DNA of 38,326 nt from Streblomastix strix (taxonomy: Eukaryota), in NCBI GenBank assembly GCA_008636045.1, contig SNRW01000032.1, forward strand, positions 1-38,326, in the 5' to 3' direction. Position numbers and translations under genes: made by a program. Below the pieces are notes generated by a model. That model was given only the letters and a program-made list of their open reading frames with translations, was not told the origin of the DNA and searched no databases. Position 1 is the stretch's first letter, and each line of letters opens with the position of its first letter. Below, one piece after another: positions 26,215 through 35,699 of the stretch.

Positions 26215-27927
26215 TCAAACATTTAGTGGTCCAATAGCTTCATCAAATGAATGATTAGTATCATATATGCAGCTACCACCAGCAGCTGGTGAAAACAACC
26301 AAAATGTATCATGAACTGTGCATAATATAGGAGGCGGTGGTCTCTCTCCACTGGTATCAACATTATAATATGAATCTGTTGCTCCTTGATATATTGGCGC
26401 TCCTCTGAATTCAACAGAAATGTTTTAGTTCTGAGTGTCTAATCCATCGAAAGTTAGTGCTCCATTACTATTCCTTTCACATCAAAGTGTAATCAAAAAG
26501 CTTGTTAAATCAGTGTGTGGGTTAAGTCTTCGAGTTGCTGTAATTTTTGATGTTGTTAAAATATCTTCAAATTCATCAGTGGCTTTGAATAACATGTCAA
26601 GATTTGACGCATTGAGTTATAATTAGAAGAATTATTGGCCAAGAGTATTTATAGGCGTATCTGGGAAATTACATTCGCAGGTGGTTATTAGCATGTTCTA
26701 ATAGCAAAAATTTTCAAAGCAAGTCGTAGCTCTTGTATCTTTAAGAAGCAGAAGACAAAAGTCGGTTACGTGAGACAGAGGAATATTTTAAGATGTTCGT
26801 GTACCCGTTAATGTAGTACTCGTTGGAAATGGCCATATTTCAACTCACTGAACGGGAACCACAAATGGACGTTAGCTGTAGAATTATCGGACTTGATTAA
26901 GACATGCATCAGTAGCTTTATAACCTGCCATGTTAGCCGTGACTTCAGTTATGACATAATTTTTTATGCTTAAGGTAACGGGTTTGATGTCGCAAACTAA
27001 GTTCTTCAGTCCTGATTCAGTAAGTGGTTCCGCATGTAGTCTTGTCATCATGTCAGCAGTGCATCCCTATTATGAAAATTATTTGGTTTATTAGAATGTC
27101 AAGCTCCAATTTCTGAACATCAAATCAATATCCATTAGCTTCTACTGACTATTACCCAATAACTCGTCTTTATTCACTGTATTATAATTAACAATTGAAA
27201 TAATAGGATTTACTTAACAGAAAACGAATGCATGATGAATTATTTTGAATTTTATTTTTAAATCACCAAATAAGCCATTAGGATAATCAGAAAATGCAGA
27301 GAAAATCAAGAGGTCATCAAGTGGAATGCAAACTCTGAAACGTATTGGAATTATATCTGGAACGGTTGTTTGATTTCCTATTAGTTTTTCAATGTTTCGC
27401 ATACTTATATAAGTTCCACACGCTGACGTATCAAAATTATGATTATTCTCATAAAGGGAATCGATATGTTTTCTATTATTTTTCTCACTTTTTGGCTTGA
27501 TTGTGTTATAAATGAATGATTCAGTTGTTGCTTCATTCTATAGACTTTCATCAATGGTTTTACCTCTATGATAGATGATGTATTCCCTAATAAGAGTTGA
27601 ACCTGATTTGAGACCTACAAATGGAACCAATCCGTCTTTATATGATTCGTCAATTTTTTCAAATTTATAAACGAGTTAGATATTGGCAGTTAGCACTACC
27701 GACAAGAACGAATTTTATATCTATATGATGTCGCAGTCAGTGTCTGATAAATTAATAATTATCTCTTTATCAAATAACGCTGGAATTTTTGATTCTGGTT
27801 TGATTTCTTTGATTGAATAATGATGTTCTCCATCATTGGTGAATGGAACGACGGTATTAACTAACAAAGTTTCTTCAATGGTCCATGCTTGTCGTAAATA
27901 TATGGCTTTCATTAAGAATCTATTCAT
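26215..27927 (-). pseudogene. Candidate double jelly-roll major capsid protein (~570 aa) with a premature TGA
   Basis: 1713-nt frame from ATG 27927 to TGA 26215, joining track ORFs 27721-27927 and 27214-27402. Beta-rich (FVGLKSGSTLIREYIIYHRGK, CIPLDDLLIFSAFSDYPNGLFGDLKIKFK, PLSHVTDFCLL). In-frame TGA at 26845-26847. Size and context fit a Polinton-type MCP; fold not verified. Confidence 0.65.
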
Positions 27928-28051
27928 CTTTTACATTCAATAAAAAATGAAATAGTTAAATAAATACTTAATGAAACATAAAAACGTTGATAATAGGAAA
28001 AATTATTGATGAAAAAACGTTATTTTGACACGATTAATTGGTATATATGGT

Positions 28052-28165
28052 GAATGACTTTTGACTGCACCGAGTGCATCGAGTATATCGAGTCAGAAAC
28101 TTTTATAAAAAGCTGTGGCCAACTGGACAACTGGCCAATAATTGAGAAAACATTAAAAAATAAAT
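28052..28165 (+). repeat. Composite repeat copy 3
   Basis: GAATGACTTTTGACTGCACCGAGTGCATCGAGTATATCGAGTCAGAAACTTTTATAAAAAGCTGTGGCCAACTGGACAACTGGCCAATAATTGAGAAAACATTAA. Confidence 0.95.
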
Positions 28166-28169
28166 ATAC

Positions 28170-28418
28170 GTCATTTCTCAACGTTTCAAAATCTTATCTA
28201 AATTATCCATTTATATCCGCACTATAATTATTATCAAGAAATGAGCTAGCAACATCTAAACCTTTGCCTATTGTTTAGCCGACAGGTCCCAGTACTCCAA
28301 GTATCGGTTTAGGAAATGGTTTTATGATTGGTTTATAAACGTTATCATTAGGCCTTAAAAGACCCTTCCCTACTTTTTAAACTAATTGCTTTATTTTAGA
28401 GAATATCCCGACTGCCAT
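28170..28418 (-). CDS. Small basic amphipathic viral protein (candidate membrane-penetration or core protein); 3' end uncertain
   Basis: MAVGIFSKIKQLVQKVGKGLLRPNDNVYKPIIKPFPKPILGVLGPVGQTIGKGLDVASSFLDNNY; no in-frame TGA before repeat copy 3. Confidence 0.55.
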
Positions 28419-28477
28419 AAGTTTATTTATAATAAAATAAAATTTTTTATATATTATTTTGGATTTGAATAACTGAT

Positions 28478-28632
28478 TTTTTTTATTAATATTTTCTCAA
28501 TTATTGGCCAGTTGTCCAGTTGGTCACAGCTTTTTATAAAAGTTTCTGACTCGATGGACTAGATGTACTCGGTGCAGTTAAAAGATATTCATTAACTGCT
28601 TCAAATCTCCGAGCCAAAATAATGCTTTTCGT
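28478..28632 (-). repeat. Composite repeat copy 4 (inverted relative to copy 3)
   Basis: TTTTCTCAATTATTGGCCAGTTGTCCAGTTGGTCACAGCTTTTTATAAAAGTTTCTGACTCGATGGACTAGATGTACTCGGTGCAG. Its flank GCCAAAATAATGCTTTTCGT also matches ACGAAAAGCATCATTTTGGC at 21966-21985. Confidence 0.95.
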
Positions 28633-28681
28633 AAATTTTTTTCACAAATAATACATTCCAATTGCACTATATTTATAAACA

Positions 28682-30220
28682 TCAGCTGAATCCGTTGGTA
28701 TTGACTGTTAAGGTTCTGATAATTAAAAGTATAGCATTTTAAATTATGCAATTAAAATAAAATAATTCACTGAAAAATTAATCAATCTTCCGCCCTTTGT
28801 TCTATATACAGCCGCAGGGAAGCCCAAACTTTTACCATCAGCAGGTAATATTGAATCAGGAATACGACTTACTTCTTATGTCCCCCCATTCAAACCTTTT
28901 GATTCGAAATATTGATTGAATACGCATACACTGCAAGTGCCATCATCAACAATATAGAACGTATTATATGCTGATAAAGGGAAAAATCATTAATTACTAA
29001 CTTACTGAACATATTTGTTATCGTATATTGTGGTTGTGGCGATGAACCTAATTTTTTTCTTGTATTTTTATTACTTCGTCGATGTGAGATTCGTGTTCTT
29101 TAGGTGCTGATTCGTTGGTGTTCGTGCTGTTCGCATAGTTATCAAGGATATAAGTTCCTTGAAATTCACAGTCAAACTTATTTAATTATCCGCTGACGGC
29201 CACGTATACAGCTGACGATTTATCATAAATATCTTTGAACAAACGCATAGCGGAAAATTCTTATAATTTGACATGAACAGGCACATATTTCGTATTAGGA
29301 GGTAGGATTTTTTTGTTGATTGTCGAGAATAATTTATATACAATTTATTATGCTTCATAATTGGCGCATAACTGTACCAATTTTGCCCCAAAACTATTCA
29401 TAATAAATGGACCGTCTTTAATAAAATAGGCTGCCCTATCTGCTTCATATTTCGTTAATTCATCCAATAATTTAATTTCACTGTTAAAATAATTAGTTCT
29501 ATTTAATCCTTATACTCCCGCCTCGATTAAATCTGACTATTTTTTCACTTTTTCATAGATATACGATTATGCTTCAAATTATCCTTTTCCATTAACGTTC
29601 CACGCGTCCACAATGTCAATTTTTCCGACATTATTGGCTTCATAAATTATTTTCTTTGATGATTCATAATTTTTATGGTATATATTATTAAACACGAGGG
29701 CAGTATTTGATGGTAAGTATCTGGGGCTTATTATATATGGCCCGTTTTAATCGATATAACAAAATATACTATATGTGTTTGATGCGTCGATTCCAACTAA
29801 TGCAATCACTTAATCGCCTAATTTTGGTCTTGCTTCTTGGGGATAATTTTTGAATAAATAGCCATTTGGAAATACACCTGTTGTTGCATATGACGCTGTC
29901 AATGTGATTCTATCGCCATAAACGATTAATTATGGATCTCAACCACTGGAGGCTAAGATACTATTTCGCTCTAATTACGAACTCAAATCCAATTTCGTTA
30001 TGGCATTCGGCACTGGTGGCTCGAACTCCTCATTTGATGCGTAGATTGTATCATCATTATTTTTCACTTGCTATTGCAGAGTTTGGTTTCCAATTGGAAT
30101 AGGTTGCGGTAGCTCACCAATAGGTTTAAGATATCGTTCTTTAATATATGCGTATAATTCTGGGAAGTCAGATAAACCAGCAGCATCTAAAAATCATTCA
30201 TCGATATAAACGTTTGACAT
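28682..30220 (-). pseudogene. Viral hypothetical protein (~510 aa) with repeated beta-sandwich-like segments, possible fibre/receptor-binding protein
   Basis: ATG 30220 (MSNVYIDE*FLDAAGLSDFPELYAYIKERYL). Segments such as GYLFKNYPQEARPK...CYIDQNG, KLFSTINKKILPP and VSRIPDSILPADG resemble fibre head domains. Several TGAs and frameshifts. Confidence 0.45.
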
Positions 30221-31219
30221 TTATATTCAATAAAACTAAATAATTAATCCGAACTATTTCAAGCAATTAAATATTTTTGCGTTAGTTCTTAACAATTATT
30301 ATTTTGTAATTATCATCAATTTGCTGCAGGATATGTAACGTTAATGTATGCTGAAGCGGCATCGGCCAAACCAGCAGATCTAGATAGTGCTTTAATAGTT
30401 ATCGTAACCTTTCCATCAGTTCCAAATCTGAAATTTGCAACATGAGGTGCAGAGCCAGCAAAAACTATATCATTTGCATAAAATAAATACTTTGGAAATC
30501 CTGCATTTGCAAGTCTGCATACGGCAACTGATGCACCAGATGCTCTTGCACCATTACCCATATATATATAACCGTAAAAGTTGATTAGTGATCCATATCT
30601 ATAACATTTTAGTGACATTATTGAAGTTGGAATAACTGCATTACTCGTATAATTAATATTTACTAATTCTAGTCCTCCAAATGCTGATAATAATGCATCA
30701 CCTCCACCAGCCAATAAAACTGATGTATCATCTTTGCCTGTTTTAACAAATCCAGTTACATTAACATTAGCATTGAATGTTTTACTTCCATACATCGTTT
30801 AATTATCCTAACGATTAACAAAAGTATTATAAATTTCTGCTCTTGTTAAATAATCTTCATCATACTCCGACATTGATAACTCATCATCATCTCTTCGTAA
30901 TACTCCATGAATTATTTAAAGTTCTTATCCCGTTTTCTTCATATAGTTAGAATCATCAACGCTTCCACTTGCGAACTCAGATAATGATTTAGTGCTACCA
31001 GCACCAAGTAATACAACAGTATCATCTGCACATGATTTAACAAACGATACGCCTGTAATTGTTGCCATTCCATCGATTGAACTAACGAATCTACAGCTAT
31101 TATTAAACGTCTTATTTGCATTTATTATATATGCAGTTCCTAAGGTCATATAACCACTTAAATCAACATCACAAACTTCAATTTATGACAGTAATTAATC
31201 AATTTCTGTTTTGGCATAA

Positions 31220-31900
31220 GTTATTGATTGACTTGCCTTCAACAACAGCAACGCATCATCTTCTCCTTTTGTACATGAAACTCCAGAATCGGCTTTGATA
31301 TTTAATAAATTATAAGCTTCTCCTTTTGTATATGAATCGATTAATTATGTCTTATCAGCCTTCAACAATAACAGAGCATCATCTTCTCCTTTTGTATATG
31401 AATCGATTAATTATGTCTTATCAGCCTTCAACAATAACAGAGCATCATCTTCTCCTTTTGTATATGCATCAATCAATTATGTTTTGTCAGCCTTCAACAA
31501 CAGCAACGCATCATCTTCTCCTTTTGTGTATGAAGCTCCTGAATTAGCTTTATTATTTAAAAGATTATTGGTTTCGCCTTTAGTGTATACATCGATTAAT
31601 TATGTTTTATCAGCCTTCAACAACAGCAACGAATCATCTTCTCCTTTTGTACATGAAACTCCAGAATCGGCTTTGATATTTAATAAATTATAAGCTTCTC
31701 CTTTTGTATATGAATCGATTAATTATGTTTTATCAGCCTTCAGCAACAGCAGCGCATCATCTTATGTCTTCGTATAAGCATCGATTTAATTGGAAATATT
31801 TAATTTTAGATTTAATTTTTAATCTGTTTCAGTTTATGAATATTTTTATGATTTATTATAATAATTTGAAAAATCAATGCTTGCATTTATGTCCTATATT
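31220..31900 (-). repeat. Coding tandem array, ~60-66 bp units (GCATCATCTTCTCCTTTTGTA core)
   Basis: Repeated CAGCCTTCAACAAYARCA..GCATCATCTTCTCCTTTTGTATATG visible at 66-bp spacing. Confidence 0.9.
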
Positions 31901-32499
31901 GCCTTTACATCTCCATCAGCACAAACAACAGAATTATTATCGTAACTTTAAACAGCTATTCCGACTGAGTGGATTGTTTTATTAAATGTCTTTTAACCTG
32001 TAATAGTTTCATCATAATTAGTCATAATAAATGAACTATTTTTCGCAGGTATTAGTGTGTTTCTATCAAATGATAAATCTGTTATTGCATTGCCTCCTCC
32101 TGTTGCAGCTCCAAGAATGGCCATGACCTTGTTCATATCTGGCAGTTCTGTTTCTGATGCTCGAAGACTAGAGCCATCCCATCATTAATCCATGACTTAT
32201 TTATCAACTATATATAAATTATCACCAATCGCTAATTTTGCAAAGTTATTCTAATCTTCCATCCAAATATTCATCTCATCAGTTGTCGCAAAGATATATC
32301 TTTTTGATTTACTTTAAGAGATCTCTCGCACTCCTAATAATTATGGATATGATAATAATGAACTTACAAACATATCGCCACCACCAGCAAGAAGAATAGA
32401 TGCATCATTTTTATTCTATTTCGATATGCTTGAAACATTTATTATTCCGAATTATTTTTGACCTGTTATCGTTAGAATAGAAACTAAATCGACATAGTT

Positions 32500-33140
32500 A
32501 ACAAATTCTGATTTATCAGCCTTCAACAACAACAGAGCATCATCTTCTCCTTTAGTATATGCATCGATTTAATCGGATATATTTAATTTGTCGTCGAGTA
32601 GGGCATCGGCTTCAGTTTTATTATATGCATCAATTTAGTCAGATATATTTAATTTTAAAACTAGCAATTCATCATCTTCTGTCTTCGAATATGAATCACT
32701 CAATTATGTTTTATCAACTTTCAATAATAGCAGAGCATCATCTTCATATTTGGTGTATGCATGAATTTAATCGGATATATTTAATTTGTCGTCGAGTAGG
32801 GCATCGGCTTCAATTTAATTATACGCATCAATTAGCTCGGTTTATCTGCCTTCAACAACAGCAGAGCATCATCTTCTCCTTTAGTATATGCATCGATTTA
32901 ATCGGATATATTTAATTTGTCGTCGAGTAGGGCATCGGCTTCAGTTTTATTGTATGCATCGATTTAATCAATAATATTCAATTTTTCATCGAGTATGGCA
33001 TCGGCTTCAGTCTTCGAATATGCATCAATGAGCTCTGATTTATCAGCTTTCAACAATAACATAGCATCATCTTCTTATTTGGTGTATGCGTCGATTTAAT
33101 CCGAAATATTTAATTTTTTATCTAACATTTCATCAATTTC
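32500..33140 (-). repeat. Coding tandem array, 66-bp units of two interleaved subtypes
   Basis: ATATTTAATTTGTCGTCGAGTAGGGCATCGGCTTCA x3 interleaved with GCATCATCTTC units. Confidence 0.9.
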
Positions 33141-33319
33141 TTCACAATTATAAGGTTCCGACGCTTCATTAATTATATTTATTAAATTTTCAATATTTTT
33201 TACCTCATTAATTAAGCCAATGGTGTTATACTTACTTGAACCATAAAGCACTTAATCATGATTTAAAACAATATCAAGCATATGTAAATCTCCGTCCATT
33301 TTATAAAAATAAAAATAAT

Positions 33320-33790
33320 CAATTAAAAAGTTTCAAATTTTATTTAACACAGTCATTAATCCTTTAGATACTGCACTGATAATTTTGCTTGTTATTTCTC
33401 CCAAATCTAAAATTCTTGTTATTTTTCTTATTTTTTATAAACAAATTTTATAGCTATCCCTTAATAAATTTACTTTTTCGACGTCGAGCTTCAAAACATT
33501 AACATTCCCAATCAATATCTCATTTAATATTTATGTTGAATCGCTGCAAAACCTAACACAACATCCTTCATCCTCTTTACTCAATTAAATTTAACTTTCT
33601 GGGACGTCAAAAGTGTAGGCAACAACCTGAATCAATCAATTTTCAGATAATACGAAATGCGCTGACTCTTTAACCATATGCTCGTCTTCATTAATGATAT
33701 CCAACAGCCAACGACACATTGAAGGGTCTGGAGTTAAAATTTCTTCAAATATTGAACTTATCAATTTGTATTTTTAAATTCAGTCATCAT
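33320..33790 (-). pseudogene. Small viral hypothetical protein, degenerate
   Basis: KYKLISSIFEEILTPDPSMCRWLLDIINEDEH...EDEGCCVRFCSD; contains TGA and a frameshift. Confidence 0.4.
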
Positions 33791-34359
33791 TTTTGAAAAA
33801 AATTGAAATTTTGAAAAAATTTGATATAATATAATATTTGAAAAAATTTAATATTTTTAAAAAATTTTTTTTAATTTTTATATGACAATATATAAATCAT
33901 ATACATATATATATAATATTTTAAATAATATTTTCGTATTCAATATATCATTAAAGTACAAGATTTAATTAATTATTTTTCTTTAAAATAAATCTATATA
34001 AATTTTTAAAAAAAAATTATTTGCAATTAATCAAATTAAATTTCATGTTTATAAATATTCTAGTTAAAATATTAATTATTATGATAGTACATGATAATAT
34101 AACAATATAATATTTATAAAATTAAAATAAATCTAAATAATAAAATAAAATAATTATTTTGAAAATTTTAGCGCAAAAATTATGGTCATATTTTATAAAT
34201 AAATACAATAATTTAAACATAACAACAAAATGATATACTTGCTAAATATAATATTAATATCAAAATATATTATGTTCACATATATAATTGATAGATATAT
34301 ATAAGTTTGATTTAATAAAGAATTTTCTTTAAATAATGTGAAATATAATCATCAAAAAA

Positions 34360-35699
34360 ATTCCGAAAATCTTGGCGCGAGGTTTATTTATGCGATTAAA
34401 AGATATGACTCTATTTATAATATTCAAGTTTTATGTCAAAAGACTGAAGGAACAGTTTATAATTAATTGGAGAAAAATTAATATAAAATACTAAAAATTA
34501 AAGATTGAGCAAGCGAATAAGAAAACTAGTGAAGATGGTAATAAAAAATAATTAGCTACAAAACATGTCTTCAAAATGTATGCTTCAAAATTTTCAAAAA
34601 AATTTTTGAAAATTATTTAGTAGTGATTTTAAAATGTTAACAGTATTCAAAGGGTATAAACATAAAAAATTAGACACAGTAGGTTATGATTTTTATCAAA
34701 TGTACTTAGATTTAATTAAAGAAACTATTGCTACAGAAAATGAAAGGGTTTATTAAAATATTCATAATTGAATTGCATGGATCATATAAAATCTCGGAAA
34801 AAATTCGAGAGTAGTAGTTACATTATAATGTAGAAAAGGCATAAGTAAAAACAGATTAACTAGCGTAATCACTGAATCAACAAGTATGTATAGCTGCGCT
34901 AATAAAACTAACATTGATGAGTTCACAGGAAGATTCAATTCAATTGTAGTAAATTAAATGTTTGTGGTACTTAATGAAATGATGTACTATAATGAATGAA
35001 AGAAAGATGTTTAAATAGTAATGAAATCATTAATTTCAGATCTAGCTATAAGAATTAATGAAAGGAATTAGCCAAGAAGAACAGCTGAGAATGTAATGAA
35101 TATAATCTATGCAACAAACGCTGATATGCCAGTTTAATTGTACTTTGATGATATATTTCATTTATTATGTGCTTTTAAAACTGTTTATTAATTAACCAAA
35201 TAAAACTAGGAAGATGTTGAATATTTTAATGAATTAAGCTAGAATTATACTTAAAAGTTTTATGAGAATTTGATGATCTTTGTTCTTGAAAATTATATTT
35301 CATTGTTTAATCCAACATTAGTTCCAATGACTGAAACAAAAAAATAATTGATAAATTTTAGTAGTTTTCCAAAAGCTGATATAATTATGAAACATTATGA
35401 ACAGTTCATATAATGTTTTCCAGTAGCTCTTGAAAATTAATTCAAATTTTCAAATTGATTATTGAAGATATATAAGAATGCGATGTGTCATAAGAGCATG
35501 GAATATATGCCAAAAACTAATGGAATAAATATTATAATATTTAAATTTAGTAAAGAATAAAAGGCATAATATGATAAAATGATGGCTGAAGAAAATATTG
35601 AATCATCAAATTAAAATATATCAGAAATATATAAAACAAAATAAAAATGATGGTTTCATTGATTAAATAGAATAGGATGTTAAACCAGAAAGAGAATGA
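34360..35699 (+). pseudogene. Degenerate SF3-type (D5/NrS-1-like) helicase
   Basis: IAWIIQN followed by VVTLQCRKGISKN (eroded Walker A), FTGRFNS, FVVLNEM (Walker B), MKSLISDLAIRINERNQPRRTAENVMNIIYATN (motifs B' and C); multiple TGAs. Confidence 0.7.

Larger units (their letters stand above)
30316..33299 (-). pseudogene. Tail-fibre-like protein (~990 aa) with 22-aa tandem repeats
   Basis: ATG 33299; arrays of DAYTKGEDDALLLLKADKTQLI-like units; TITGQKQF, ETITGQKTF and QTMYGSKTF motifs; repeated D.SVLLAGGG; intact C-terminal domain (track ORF 30316-30795) ending in TGA. 2984 nt, frameshift near 32840. Confidence 0.7.
17849..35699. mobile_element. Endogenous Maverick/Polinton-like virus (left end truncated, right end undefined)
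   Basis: Compact, intronless cluster of pPolB, A32-like ATPase, KilA-N, capsid candidates, fibre-like genes and SF3 helicase, contrasting with the intron-containing host genes to the left. Confidence 0.85.

Noticed and set aside
31116..32915. Plus-strand track ORFs with HHLLLL repeats
   Set aside because: Antisense shadows of the fibre-gene repeats on the minus strand.
31220..33140. Regularly spaced ~66-bp repeats as a CRISPR array
   Set aside because: No unique spacers, units translate in frame as protein repeats, eukaryotic context, no cas genes.
17849..35699. Terminal inverted repeats and target-site duplication of the Polinton-like element
   Set aside because: No matching termini found by eye; the left end is deleted and the four composite repeats are internal.
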